Part shown: piece after piece, positions 23,705 through 38,226 of the stretch
How the letters are laid out: the number at the start of each line of letters is the position of its first letter
Numbering within the stretch: position 1 is the stretch's first letter
Assembly: GCF_031769215.1 (NCBI RefSeq)
Contig: NW_026782009.1
Coordinates: forward strand, 1,116,001 to 1,178,659
Direction: 5' to 3'
Source of the DNA: Ylistrum balloti
Lineage: Eukaryota
DNA: 62,659 bases
The notes under the pieces: generated by a model
What the model saw: only the letters and a program-made list of their open reading frames with translations
Database searches by the model: none
Told to the model about the DNA's origin: nothing
Program-made: the position numbers and the translations under genes

Positions 23705-26614
23705 TAAGATTTGACCTCAAACTAATTGCAAAAGAATTGCTGTTTTTTGTATTGTACAGAACACGAATTACTTGATAACATATCAAAAGTCTAGAAAAAT
23801 CTAAACAAGGGAACATTTCATAAATCAGACAAATCTGACGAAATACCGCTATCGAGTTGTACGTCGTGTTCGGGCCTCCTTAGGTGCAATGGGAGATAAT
23901 ACGGACACTGTTTCAGCGTACGGGATCCAGAACATATCCTGACAGATAACGATATTATTGTAGAGAAACGTGTCGGTAAGAGGTTATATATTTCTCATTA
24001 CAATATTTTATTCTTATTTGACATTATTTACTTGAGTTTTTATTGAGCATTTATTGTTTCTAGAAGTATTTCAACGACACAAATTTGGCAGAATATTGAA
24101 ATTCAAATTCAGCGTACACCTACCTTGCACAGATGCAGCAACTTGAGTTCGACCGCCCCAATGTCTACCAGCAGTTTTTGTCCGGATATCACGTTTTTCG
24201 AAGAAGCGATCGCTACTTGGCAGGCCTGTCTTGTGACCGCGTTATAGAACAGGAGCTTATGAGAAGTGTTAAGACATCTGGAGGTTTAACAAGAGGCCGT
24301 GGAATGGGCGAAGTTTAGCGGGCACAATGGTTGCTGTCGATACCAGCATGTGCAATAACGCCATGCAAATGTTGACTGGGGTCGGTTATCAAACAAGCGA
24401 TCAACATAAGGAATCTTCTATCTCGAGAAAGGAGAGGGACTACAAGGACATTGCCACTATTCTGTCTTTTCTGGAGGAGAGAAATCCATTTTCCGGCTGC
24501 GCATCTCTAAGAAACATAGAAACGTGAACCATGACAGATGACACAGTTACTCAGGACAAAGCAAAGGAAATAGAAAAGCGCACCATGGAAGGCAAACAGA
24601 TTCTTGACTTCTCATTTAAAAAGTCCCAGCAGGTGGTGACGTTAAGAGATAGATCGTGTGTTAATGCAGATGGAGAAAAAATTCAGAGTGATCCGCAGCT
24701 CTTATTTCAGCGCTTAACCATCGCTGCCAGCACACTTTGTGAAGATCCGTCTGCGGTATTCAAATATGAATTGAGCAGCTATCCATCATCACTTTTTGAA
24801 GTAACAGGGCTTCCTAGAGCAGCACAGAACTCATCTTTGGCCGACTGCATTTGGAATCTAGGACAATGTCGCATTGAAGCACTTCGATATGACCACGGAA
24901 CTATCATTGTTCTTGACGGGGGTTCGCTGTTACACCGAGTTCCATGGACTGTAGGCGCTACATTCTTAACGATTTGCCAGTCTTATGTAGAGTTTGTGAC
25001 AAGGAGATACTTGAATGCGATTGTAGTCTTTGATGGTTATGGGAATGACTTGTCCGCCAAATATGTCACTCACGTGAGACGAGGACTTACATCACAGATA
25101 GCAGACTTCACGGGAGAAATGCCTTGTCGGATGAAAAAGAAAAAAAATCTAGGAAATTCAGGAAATAAACAGCATTTAATAAATTTACTCAGCTGCAAAC
25201 TCCAAGAAAATGGCTGCACAACGGTACACTCTGCAGCGATGCAGATCTTCTTATAGTCCAGACGGCTGTGAACTGCGCAGACATTAACGACGTCGTCGTA
25301 GTCGGAGAAGACACTGACCTTCTTGTTCTCCTATGCTACCATGCTATTCCTTAGCAACACAATATATTATTCAAGTCGGACTGTAGCCGATCTCTTGGAA
25401 AGCAAATACAGATATGGGACATAAACCTAACAAAAACAGTTCTATGAGATGTGTGCACTCTGCTCCCAGTGTTACATGCGCTGACAGGATGTGATACAAC
25501 ATCTCGGCTATTCGGTTTACAGCCAAGATGAGGACGGGAATCACGTCTGTCAAGGTAACTTATTTCTCAACACTATTTTTTCTAATGTATGCGACGTATA
25601 ACGAAAGGCGGTTATAATAATTACTCAATGTTTACTGTAAAGATATTTTGTAACATATTGAGTCAGACTGTTTCTCTCATACACTGTATCTTCTTTTTCT
25701 TTTTGTGGACAATGAACTAATTAATTACTGGAGTAAATTTTCAAGATATGTGCAGTGTATATGACAGAGCAATTACTGAAAACTGTCAGGTGCAGTTGCA
25801 AAATGAATTGCGATACGAAAAGGTGTACATGCCGCAAAAATGGACTCGATTGTACCGCAGGACGCAGTGAGTGAAGGGGTACCAGCTGTTCCAATTTGTC
25901 AGCAATTACTCATTCTGACTTAACTGAGGACTTGTAGGAAATACTGATCAAGCATTGCAGATATTTTGTTAATTCAGCCACCAAGATAAACTTTCATATT
26001 GAAGTGTGCTGTTAGTTGTATATAAGCAATGTGTATGTGTTAAGAAATCAAGCATAAAAGGTACAATGTATTGTGTAATAATCAAACACTACTTATTTTG
26101 TTGAACATGTCATTTTTGCATTTAATCGATAACAATGAAGTTGTAGCCATTCTGGATAGTTTAACTTTTTAATGTTATAAAGGAAATGTAATACAAATTT
26201 AAACTTATCATAAACATGCAGAAATAGAAAAAATATGTTTTGCAAATGAATAATGAGCATTTTTGCTATATACATGAACAAAACTGATGTGCAAGCATTT
26301 ATGCTTAATTAATAAAATAATGTTCTCCACCCAGATATATTTTATTAACAAAATTAAAACAAGATATGACTACAGTAATCAACAAGTATTGTCGCTTGAT
26401 TGTTGATCATTTTGATATCCATGCATTTTTAACTATCACACATTATTACTAGAATCCTTGAAATTTCCCCTTGCGGTCCACTTGTAAATATTAAAAAAAA
26501 GATATCTTCCCCTTCGTATATAAGCCTAGACTTTTAATATAATGTTTATGGAAAATTTCTTACTTCATTGCAGTTGAAATAAATTCTTTTGGAATTAGTT
26601 TGAGGTTAAGCCTA
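23705..26614 (+). mobile_element. Academ-like (AcademX) DNA transposon copy A, internally deleted and decayed
   Basis: TIR: GACCTCAAACTAATTGCAAAAGAATT (~23713) vs AATTCTTTTGGAATTAGTTTGAGGTTAAGCCTA (ends 26614). Remnants 24100-25905: IEQELMRSVKTSGGLTRGRGM, XPG/PIN-like VLDGGSLLH, VVFDGY and EDTDLLVLL, and Cys-rich CSCKMNCDTKRCTCRKNGLDC. Transposase+XPG+Cys8 is the established AcademX layout. Confidence 0.7.
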
Positions 26615-27083
26615 ATTTTGGCATAAAATGACTGGACTAATAGGCTTTACTTGGTACTTATTTTTACTCTTCATTTTGCGACTTATCTGGAAAAAAAAAG
26701 GTTAACAGACAACCATCTTGGATTCTGAGTGATTTTGAGAAATACAGGATGCATCTTCCTCGAATTTCAATTATCAGATTATCAGTTCAAACTATTCGTA
26801 GGCATTTTCTGATGTATCTTCTGATATTGCTACGGTCTGAACGGCCCGTAGATAAACCACATACATTGTCATTAAGGTCATCAAACGGTGAAACACACAG
26901 CGATAAAAGAAAGGAAAGAATATCTACCAAACTATGAGGTAAAGGACAAATGCTAACAATCTAATATTGTTATTTTATCACAACATTTTAAAACGGTAGG
27001 TCACAATCTATAATATAGACCGATATCTTTCATTTACATATATTAAAATAAAGTAATGAAGGTTGTTATTGGTCCAGTCAATC

Positions 27084-30000
27084 TACGGTTTAACCTCCAA
27101 CTAATAGCAATAGAAACAATTCTTGTTAAAATGTAATCAGAATATGTTTAAATAAATCATAATAAAACTTTAGAAAAATCTAAATAGGGGAGCATTCTAT
27201 ATTTTGAGATTAAAAATTGCAAAAGTATGTTAGTGTTGATTTTACGCGTATGGGCCGCCGTACATATAAAGGGAGGTACATCCTGCGCAGAATATGTTTG
27301 TTTACCTACGACGATGCCAACTTTAATACGTCTCGAACCTGTTGTAATTATGATAAGCGACTTCTGTGAATTTTCTGCGACATATTTGATTTTTATCTTT
27401 GGAAACGTGTGCCATTTGCTTGTGATACTGACTCTTCCACATGTACGAAGCCTGCATTTTATAGAAATTGCTATGAAAAAATGTTGTACATGGCACAGTC
27501 TGAAATAGATATCCAATGCAATGAATGGTTTTATTTGATTGCGATGAGAAAACGAGCAACATTTATGTGTTCACATGTAAATGAAAACGACCTGTATCTT
27601 AGGTCGAAAAAATCTATGGAAACCTATAAGCGCTCTTTAAGCCCGCTTTATATTTTTTTTTATATATAATATTGTTATGTAAATGGTAATTTACATGTGT
27701 TTTCGAAACTGTAGTTTTTCGTGTATATACAACTTATTGTTCCATATTTAACCACATTTAAAATCATAATGTAAAGCTTGATTTCGAACTAGAACATTGG
27801 GTAACTTGGAGAGACCGAGGAACGTTTTGAAATCTTGAAACTATTTGACTATATATTAAGTTGATTTGGCAGACGTTTCACATATATACAATTGTTAAAT
27901 TTTGAAGCGTTAATTATTATTGTCACATAATACACTGTTTAATAAAAGCAATGTTCGGTGCTAAATAAAACAGATATTTTTCGCAAATTATCACCGAAGT
28001 ACATGTAGCAATATTTTAAAATTTAGACTAATGCTTCATAAATCACTGGATGACAATGATTTTTTATGATCAATCCTATTTCATTTTTATATTTGTTTAT
28101 TTTGATTTTTTTGTTTGTGTTTTGTTTTATTTAATATTATTTTCTTTTTTCAATTTAATTTTACAACGTGAAAATCTACACAAATATACTTAAATAGGAC
28201 CGGATGTCATTGACCACCAAAAACGGGGAGCAGTTCTAATCAAAAGGTTAAGTAATCTCATATTTTGCTTGTCTTATTTGTATATTTTGTTTCTTTTTGT
28301 TTCCAATTACTACTTGATTTATTTATCTTTTTAGCTTATCAAATGCACTTTTATTACTGAGCATATACAAAAAAGTATCTATGTACATCTACATTTGTAC
28401 ATCATAATTTTTTATTTTTTTTTTTTTTTTTACATTTTTATTGTAGGAACGCGTCTGTGCAATTTGCAAAGCGCCTGTTATAGACGGTGAAGATGTGGTC
28501 ACTCTTACAGAAAAAGGAAGCAGTGGTGTGAACAATGCCAACAAGGAACATGGTGATGTCGACACGGTCAATACATACACTGGTGATAAAGTTCATAGAG
28601 AGTGTAGGCGTCAGTATTGCTATAAAAACGTTATACAACGACCAGGCAAATTCCAGATAGTTATTCAAAACAACGTTCTCTTCGTTCGAATGATGACGAT
28701 CAACTTTAATTTTGTAAATGTGTATTTTCGGTGGGAAGCAGACAAAAAAAAAGAGGAAAAATGATGTAAATCCTGTACGGACTATGGGGTTTCAGACAAG
28801 CTTACCCCAAGCCATCAAGGATCGAGAGGAGGACAATTGGGCATTAGAAGTTAGAGCCCATCTAGAGTTTGTACGTGATATTCCTGCTCCCGATGCCGTT
28901 TACCATCAGCAATGAAATGTAAATTTCCGTACCAACAAGCAAGTTCCAAAGCAGTTTACAAAGGAAGAAAACAAAAGACGCAAATCATTTGGAAGACCTG
29001 TGAATTATCTTAATGAGGCTGGGTTTCAACAAATTATTAACATTTTAAATGAACATGCCGATGACCAGATCATTGTTCCAGGACTCATTGATCACATGAA
29101 GAGTTTTTGCAGAGAGGATGTTTATAGTGCCACCCATATGAAGAACAGACATTTAAAGCACTTTGGCGCAAACATTATCATCACTGAACTAAACGGGAAA
29201 CCAAACGTCATCACATTTAAAGCTACTGCATCTTCTATACTAAGTGATTTCCAGCAGAGACCAAAATATCAAGACACGGAAGCCGAAAAAAAGTATTATT
29301 GAAACAGCAGCCAAGAGACATCCAAAACTATGGATAGTACAAAGGATGTCTACCCAGCAGCTTACAATATACCTTCTTGCGAGGAAAATATTGAATATAT
29401 TCCCAAGAGTTTGCAGATAATGTTGCGCTACATTTTCAACGAAGCGGATGCGAACGTGAAGCTAGCATCAATAGGACAGGCGATAGTTCTGGCAACATGC
29501 CCAAGGGCCTTCATCACTCCACTTAGTTAGGTCTCGGTATACAGATGCATCACTAATTTGGATCCAATTTCCTGATAGATACTTTGCGTCAGCTGGGATT
29601 TTTCGTATCAGTGCAGCTGCATCGCAAGGAACTGATATCGACGGCATACCCAGGACCACACCATTCAATACGTAGTTTATAACGTTGATCATAACCTGAG
29701 GACAATAGATGGCCACAATACCTTCCATCGAATCGGAATAATTTCCTGTGTCACACCAGCCATGGCACGCCAACGACAAATTCTAAGAATAAGCATAGAT
29801 TTCTGTAAACTTTATGTAAACCAAAGACATCATTCACATTAGACGTACATGGGGAGCTGTTGGCGCCAAGGTAACCTTAACCGAAAACATGCCATTCAGG
29901 ACATAAAAAGAGCTTTTCCTTGCGACGCTGACACAATGATAGTTCAAACAACTGTTTGATACCGTTACGGTATCGATGGGCGAAGATACAGACCTAAAAG

Positions 30001-31812
30001 TTGCTGTTTCATGCCGATTTGAACGCCCACGATATTTTCTTCCAATCAGTAAAATCCGGTTGCAGAAAAACTAAGGTTTGGGACATACTTAAAACAAAAA
30101 CAAAACTACCTGGACCTCGCACCTGCTATTTCCAGCCGTTTGTGCATGCAATCACAGGATGTGACACTACTTTGGCGTTGGGAAAGGGACTGCGCTTAAA
30201 AAGGTGAGGAACGACCCGGGTTTTCAAGAACTGGAAGATGTATTTTGTAGAAATTATACACAAGAGGATGTTTTGGTAGCAAGGGAAAAGATAATCGTGG
30301 CATTGTACAGCGGTGAGAAATCTGATGGATTAAACTCACTTCGGTATAAGACGTTCTCCAGCAAAGTCATGTATTGTACCACCTGTGTGCAGGTGCACAC
30401 ACTACCACCGACAGCGGCTGCTGCTGCTTACCACAGCATGCGTGTGTACTTGCAGGTACAACAGTGGATGAGACCAAGTGAATGTTTGCTGCCAGAAGAC
30501 TGGGGTTCGTACATAGACAAAGACAGACTGTCCCCTGTGATGACACACTTACCACCAGCACATGCGCGCGCTCCTAAAAGTAATTCACTGTAACTGCAAA
30601 TCTAACTGTGACTCAAAGAGTTGTAGCTGTACGAAAAATGGACTGGAATGTACATCATGTGGTGGCGAATGCAAACATCATCATCTGTTCCAATGGACAA
30701 CGTCTTGTGGAGACGGACTTGATAGATGTAACATTTAAGAGACATAATTTACACTTAAGAAATCACGTGGCAGTTGTCGGGAAATTGTGACATGTCGGTG
30801 TATAACATGCCAAACTGAATGTTCACCTTGGCCATTGTACCTTAATTACTTGCAAACACTATGGCGCATGCAACATGTGGGCATTAGAATTCACTTGTCC
30901 GGAACACACAATCATGATGTTTCTGTTTTTTGTTTGAAATGATTTCCTTGTCTTGATCAGGGTTTGTGATATTATATATTTTATCAAGTTTAAAACCGTC
31001 CATTATTCAGTTAAAGAGTATTTAAAAATATATAAAGTTGTTTTTGTCCTGAATCTATGCACATTTGATAATATTAAGAGAAAAATGGAAATAATTTCAC
31101 AATTTTATAGGTGGTAGGGGTAGTTTTTCTGATTTTACCATTGAATTTTGTCATCAAAAATGATTATTTCGATTTGTAGGAACTTCCAATAGTTTCCTTT
31201 TTTATCGGTGTTATGTTTTCAACGGGTTGTTTCAAATGTACATTACAATACCAGAACACGTCCCGACATGAAAAGTCAAATAAACACACACTGCTGACTT
31301 ATGGGCAGGGAAAATGCAATATAAAAACGCATTTCTCTACATCAGTACTGTAGAATTTCGATATTACACACACCGTTGTTATCTAGTAACAATTCATTGT
31401 GTATAACGTATCAATTAAAAAAATATCAATAAAAATGTGTGTTTTTTGTTGTTTTTTTTATTTGTGAGGTATTCTAAAGGAGGTAGGAGTTCATTTTATC
31501 ATTAAACCCAAATGTATTGTCGAGAAAGTTTGTTAAAGTTACATTAAAACTAATAACCAATGAATAAACTTTCCGTCCGTACATAATAACAAGGAATTGT
31601 GTTTTCAAATTAAGACCACAAGCTTGAAATGGTTCGATAGATGCAAATTTATAAAGACGGCAGAAATATGACACTGTGTGAAAAAAACCCGCAAAAATTA
31701 CAATTTTCCCCTATTTAGATTTTTCTAGATTTTGAAATGTTTTCCCCTATATATTTGTGTACAAGAAAAAAGTCAAATAAATTCTGTTGCAATTAGCTGG
31801 AGGTTGACCCTT
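27084..31812 (+). mobile_element. Academ-like DNA transposon copy B, internally deleted and decayed
   Basis: Perfect 20-bp subterminal inverted repeat at 27171-27190 and 31708-31727, plus outer AACCTCCAACTAATAGCAA / TTGCAATTAGCTGGAGGTTGACC matching the copy A TIR. Remnants: VCAICKAP..VHRECRRQYC, DIPAPDAVYHQQ, HAITGCDTT, TLPPTAAAAAYHSMRVYLQVQQW and CNCKSNCDSKSCSCTKNGLEC. Confidence 0.72.
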
Positions 31813-31939
31813 TTTTGGTCGAAGATTGACAGGACTATTATCTATTCAGACTCTTTCTGTACAAAAAAAGTCTTAGCAATAGAAATATCGAAAATATTTT
31901 CATTCGTAATGCATTACTACTGTATCATGAACTTTCCTT

Positions 31940-32812
31940 TAACTTTCGTATAGTTTTTTGCTGTGCACATAAGAATACCAGGCAATGAAAAAGCAGATCG
32001 TGCCGCATAGAAAGATTTATCGCTACCACCTGTTTTATTAGAACTTCATTTCAATTATTTTAAACCATTTATTAAACGATTTTAAAATCTCCGTGACAGG
32101 AAGAATGGGATCAATATATCGGTATTAATTACACTTCGTAAAACCTTTAATCGGAGAATGGTCTCCATCCTATAGAGACAATCTTCGAATGGGCCATACA
32201 CACCTTAAGCATTCATATATGTTGAAAGTAAAACATAATCTTGGTGCATAGGATGAGATGAACCATTCCCTGTAAACATTTTGTATTGAACTGCATTAAC
32301 CTTTTGTTTATTCGAGAATTTTTTTATCATAAGGTTTCAACTCTAAAGACCCTTTTTTGAAACAGTTTATATTTGTAAAATTATAGGTATTTGAAAGATG
32401 TTAGTCTTTATTATAGAATATTAATAATCATTTTAATCATTAATGATATAACCATTACAGATTTTTAGCATTGGTCTTTTTTTCTTTCAGTTTGTATGAT
32501 GTTATTTCCTTTTTGTATCGCTGTACTTTTCACCGGTTGATGGTCCTTGTGATCTTTATTAAGATTATAATAATAATAATATAATATCGCAACTTACAAG
32601 TCTGAAGACCCTTTTTGAAGCTGTTCAGATTGATAAAATTTTAGATTATCTGAAAGATGTTGGTCTTTATCATAGGATGTGTCTTACTATTTTAATCTTT
32701 TGTGATAATATAACCAGTTAAGATTTTAAGTGTTTATCTTTCAGTTCGTTTGATGTTATTTTCTTTTTGATAGCTGTGTCTTTCTCCGGTTGATGGCCCT
32801 AATGATCTTTTA
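31940..32812 (+). mobile_element. Two consecutive 3' fragments of the I/Nimb-type LINE
   Basis: RNase H end (HIRIPGNEKADRAA) plus 3' UTR ending in a (TAA)n tail at ~32567-32585, followed by a second 3' UTR copy at 32588-32812. Confidence 0.75.
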
Positions 32813-32859
32813 TGTGTTAACGAGCCAATCCGAATATAATCATTATTGTACTTTTAATA

Positions 32860-34480
32860 TAAAATCGAAAATTAGATAGTAATAAATGAATAAAAAAAAA
32901 CAAGAAGATCCAATTATGGGCACTAGGAAAAGCTGGGTATATCTGTATAGTAGAGTATATCACAGGAACAGAAAATACGTGTGCTGACCTCTTATCCAGG
33001 TCATCCACATTACGTGGTACCCAAAGTTGAGATTTTAACAAAAATGGGGTCATCGTTGCTCGCTATGATGTCGAAGCGGCTGTCTCAGCCGTTAATGCGG
33101 ACCGTACCAGATTCTCGTATTTAAACATAGACGAAAAGAGCCAATATAAGGACTCCCAATATAACTCCTGTACAGTAAATATAAACATATTATGAATATG
33201 TGATTTAATTAAATTATTCAAAATTATGTTCATTTAGACATATGAAAGATTTTTAATCATAATTGAAATACCAAAATGAGACTAGATTGATTTATTACTG
33301 ACATCTATCGACCAGTGGGCAATTATGTATAGACCAGTAGCCAGAGGCATACTGTTGTTACTGAATCTACTACGTTTGCTCCTGTATTAAATCATTCCCT
33401 GATTATATAAGTAATTACCTTAGCCCTATCTAGGCAGTTTGGATGAAGGTCAGTGTACACTTATCTTGTGGAAAACAACCTAATCTACGACCATTCCCGT
33501 GTATAAGTTTATGTCAATAACTCGTGTATTAATCAATCTTTGTCAGCCGGTTTAAAAACATTTTAGTATAAATAGACCTATCTGGGTCTACCAGAAGAGA
33601 GGAGCGGAGGCCAGACAGGAGAGAGGTTGGGCTCCAATCGCGGGACGCCCGCTCGCTCGGGTTTTTTTTTTTTTTTTTTTTCCTGAACAAAACATCTCCA
33701 GTCCTGAAATACAACATAGTTGTAGAACTGTTCTTGCACAAACAAAGAGCATTGCGAAATAGTTGTAATTCCAGAGTCGTTGATACCAACAGCTACCTTG
33801 TTGACGTGAAGTGGATGGTTGTGACGGACAGCGTACTGCTGTTTGCTATAGTGTGTCCTGAAACAAACGAGAAAACTAACAGAATAACAGTTAAGCCAAC
33901 GATGCACATTGTCTAGTTACCGATAAGGTACACTACATCGAGTGATTATGTGAATTTATCTCCGTTTCACGTCCAAGAAAGTGCATAGAACATTATTGAA
34001 CCCACTAAGTTGTTATACAATGATATTTTTCGTAAGTCTAGTGTCTGGGAACCATTGAAAAAGGTTCTGCCAGTGTTCAAAACGTTTGAAATACCGAACC
34101 AGCTAATGGAAATTGTTCAAGTTTCTATGAATTATCTTGTAAATGAAATTAAGGGGTTACTGACGATTCCTATCGTTAGGCATTAATTGGCATTGGTCTT
34201 TGTAGGTATTGGGCGGATGGTTATTTCAGTAATTGGAGTCTAAAATATATTTGTTATTACGCAATGTGAGGTCACATCCGTAAGTCACATATTCACCTGA
34301 CCGAGAGGTGATGCCGATAGGCACGGGAAGCGCAATATATTGCTACAGGACAGGATGAAGTACTGTCCTCATCATTGTATGTATGGGACAAGCCTGGTCC
34401 CTTGCCACACTTTGGCCAAGCGGGTTTTCGGCCATCGCTAGACCATACACCATGGTTACATATTAGTGACGGAGACAAAA
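32860..34480 (+). mobile_element. Decayed Ty3/Gypsy pol (RNase H end, integrase remnants)
   Basis: IQLWAL...IVEYITGTENTCADLLSR (~32910-33000) fits the Gypsy RNase H C-terminal motif. IVVIPESLIP and later frameshifted segments resemble integrase. Confidence 0.5.
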
Positions 34481-34799
34481 ACTGACCAATATGTAGCCAC
34501 ATCTACGATGCAAAACCATGGGCCTATATAGGTTTATGCAGTGACTGTAAAACGTAGACCCTGTGAACTAAGGAGCGAAGGATACAATACTTACTCCACT
34601 TGCCAATCATAAAATATCCATAGTTATAGTACATATTGATGTAAGTTGTAATATGACTTCACAATGATTGCTAATGTGGAATTACTGTGAATATTGTGGC
34701 AATGGCAGTGATGGATCGATTACAAGGACCGACAAACTACCCATCAGGAACCGGTGGATAACATTGGTCTATTGCTTATCATACATGTGGAAATCATAT

Positions 34800-34950
34800 C
34801 GAGCTGGAATAATTATTACTATCGCGCATGTGGAGTTTTTCATATCGTGAAGAGTGGAAATCATTCGGATTTATTACTATTCTCATTGTGGATTTATTAC
34901 TATCTTGCAGTGCGTGATTATTGCTATCGTTGACTGTGGATTAACGACTT
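34800..34950 (+). repeat. Degenerate ~23-bp minisatellite
   Basis: GGATTTATTACTAT at 34867 and 34890, with looser copies on both sides. Confidence 0.6.
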
Positions 34951-37204
34951 TAGCTATGGATTCAATACATTCGTAGACAGATTATTGGATGGTAAGGCCT
35001 TAAGATGTTTTATAAAAAAGATTCTTGACCCGAGGATCTCGCATTTTCCCCAGGTGAGGGGGTTAAATTTACTATATTTTATTTTCTGTTGGAAACAGTT
35101 CAATCCTTGCTTGACTCATTAGTTTAACATGAAAGTTTTATAAGATGCATTTATTGACGACGTCTGCCTCCTAGAGACAATTGGGCAGGGCTAAACATGG
35201 GTCAAATTAAATTAAATTTCAAAATTCCGCTCAAACCAAAGATATATTACAATCAAGTCATCGTCATGCATGGAAAATCCTCCAAATGCTTAACCGAAAT
35301 TGACATTTTCATGACACCAGGGTCGCACATTTCGCCTTTTATTTACTATAGTTTATTTCGGTAACTTACAGTTTTGAACAGCATTTTCTGTTGGAAGTAG
35401 TTCAAAGCTTGATAGAATTATTAGTTTAAGATGAAAAATCAATGCGCATATTGACCTCAGCTAACCCCCAGGGGATGTCGGACGGGGCCATAATGGGTAA
35501 AATTTATTGAGATTTCGAAAATCTTCTCAATATCCGGATAATGTAGAACCAAATATTCTTCATGTATGGAAGTGTATTTTCATGAAATTGTAAATTTCAT
35601 GACCCATGGTTCTCACATTTTCCCTAGGGGAAGGGGAATATTTATTATATCATATATAGGAAAATTACATTTTTAAGCGTAATTTGTTTAATTTTGTTTC
35701 AGAAATAGTTCATACTAGCTTAGATTGTTTTTTGTTAGTAAAACCTGACACTTTGAGTGGATGCACATATTGGCCTTGATTGACTCCTAGGGACTGATAG
35801 GCGGCGCCAAAAATGGGTCAAATTGACTGAAATTTCAAAGATGTTCTACTGTTATGACAGTTATGCATTATATCATGCATATATTTATATATGTATGTAT
35901 GAAATACATTTATAAAGCGATTTACCGACCAAATTAAAATCGTCAAAATCTGGATCAGTAGTTCATAGGCATGTATCTATATGTGGCCCTCGTAGTAAAA
36001 GTTATATATATGTGCACTATGTGTTTATTATGGTGTTAGTATATCCACCATTAAAATTAAAGTCATTACGTCGGGTTTTATCTCATAAAATCTTAAGGGA
36101 TGGAAATTTTGTCAGTCCCAGTGAGTAACGTCGCGTTCTCAAATAAGAGCAAGGTATACAACAACGGAACCTACTAGCAAACTAACGAGCATCAAACACG
36201 TACAGTTTCTAAACCTTATAAGAGAACGAAGGCATTATCTCAGCTTAGAATGAGATAAGGTGTTGTAGAATGGTCGAAAGTTCTTTGAGTAAGATTTCAA
36301 CCAAGATATGATAGTGATGAGAATGATAGTGAGTGGTTTTGATAATGGTTTGGTTGAACAACCAGACGGGGCAACAATCAAACGTTGTTTAGATGGATTC
36401 TTGTGAAGTTTTTATACTCCAGTATAAACGGGGTAGGTCCGTTAAAGTAAAGATACCCATTTGTGCACCAACGACATGAATTGTGGATTCAAGCTGTACT
36501 ATTTTGAAAGGTATGGGGTTGTTAACGTAACCGATTGTTATTGCCAGCAACTACCAAACAGATTAATAAAATCTTAATATCTATATGTATTTATTTTCTT
36601 ACATTAAGTTTAAATATACCACACTCTCTCACTCTATTCCAAAACACAACGGCATATAATATTTTACACAGTATGTATATACACTTTACTATAACACTAT
36701 ACCATAACTAACAAGCCTGTAGCTTTCAACCATAGCATCTGCTCCTCATCAAACAACCATTGGCAATGTCAAAATGCTCCAGTTGACAAAATAATTGATC
36801 CTTTCCGGGATGTCTTGCAACTGGATACAATATCATAATCATCTGACGAGAAATTTCAGCTTCCATGTACTATGCAGTGGGTACAATGGTCATATCTGGT
36901 GATCACGTCGTGCAACCCTACAATAGGTTTGTAGAACACAGGTTCCACAACCCCCATTAGTTCGTGAATACATGTATGAGCAGTATGAGTTTCCATGGCT
37001 TTCAGTCAAAACATTGGCTAAGCATTGCATTCACGGTGACGTTAAAGCTAAAACAGATTAATAAGGTCCTATGAATATTTATGATATATTGATATAATAA
37101 TCCCACGTATATCATCAATATGATATAACCTTCCAATATTAGTACTCAGCCACCTTCGTGCTTACCTGTATACAACGCGCTATCGCACACCTAACCGAGA
37201 TGAC

Positions 37205-37810
37205 ATATTGGTGTCAATACACCGCAACACATCGTTTATAATGATAAGGATGCCGCGGCGATGGTTACACATGACGAAGCCTATGAATGCCGGCTACCCA
37301 ACAACGCCTCAATATTCACCAGCTATTTACCTCGCTCTTGACCATATTCAAACTAACAAAGTAATGAGTGCTGTTATCTATTCAGAATCTATTTCTGCAC
37401 TGCATAGTCTTAGCGATAAACATATTGAAAGCATGTTCATTCTATACTATATCATGAACCTGCCTCAAACTTTCGTATTGTTTTTTGCTGGGTTCCTGGA
37501 CGACAGATCGTGCCGCAAAGGCAGCTTTATCGCTACCGCCACCCGTTGTTGTTAAACTTCATTTTATTGATTTAAACCATTTCTCAAACAGTTTTAACAG
37601 CTCTGTGACATGGCGAATGGAATTAATATACCGATAATCAATCGTTTCTGTAAAACCTATCGTCGGGGAATGGTCTCCAATTTATAGAGACAACTACCGA
37701 GACGAAGTTGCCCTTGTGCGTCTTTGGATGGGCCATACATACCTTAAACATTCCTATCTGTTAAAAGGCGAATATCATACTCGGTGAATAGGATGTAATG
37801 AACCATTGTT
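37205..37810 (+). mobile_element. I/Nimb-type LINE 3' fragment (RNase H)
   Basis: AIYLALDHIQTNKVMSAVIYSES and RLWMGHTYLKHSYLLKG, homologous to the other copies. Confidence 0.8.
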
Positions 37811-38226
37811 TAAAATCAGTAAAATGAAGCACTGCCAGAATGGTCTTTTTCTATAAGGAATGATGAAACAGATAACATTGGTTTATATTTTCCACTGAGC
37901 GTATTGCGATGAACTGGTTGAATTCATGAGTCTGATGATGAAAGGCAAGGTTGTTTTTTGTGTTCATAATTAGTTGTTTAGATATTAATTACCAGTGTTC
38001 CTAACCCATCTCAGAGTTCCACACGACTAACGATACAGATCTCCGGTAAACGAGTGTCAAGGAAACACAGACAGCATACTCGAAAAAATAAAACTTTCCC
38101 GACCGACTCTTAAGCAAACGCCTTCTTTGATACAACCGTAAAATAAAAAAAAATACAAAAATAGATGGGTTTACTGCTGAGTGATATAAAAAGGAAAAAA
38201 CCAAACACTTAGGACATATAGTTGAC

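Noticed and set aside
25790-30690. Host tesmin/CXC-domain genes
   Set aside because: The Cys-rich motifs sit at the 3' end of broken ORFs inside TIR-bounded transposons.
27171-31727. TAG...CTA 20-bp inverted repeat as the true termini of Academ copy B
   Set aside because: The same motif is ~85 bp internal in copy A, TIR similarity extends outward to ~27084 and ~31812, and there is no TSD.
34492-34990. 3' LTR of the Gypsy remnant
   Set aside because: A TGTA start is present, but no polypurine tract, clear CA end or matching 5' LTR was found.
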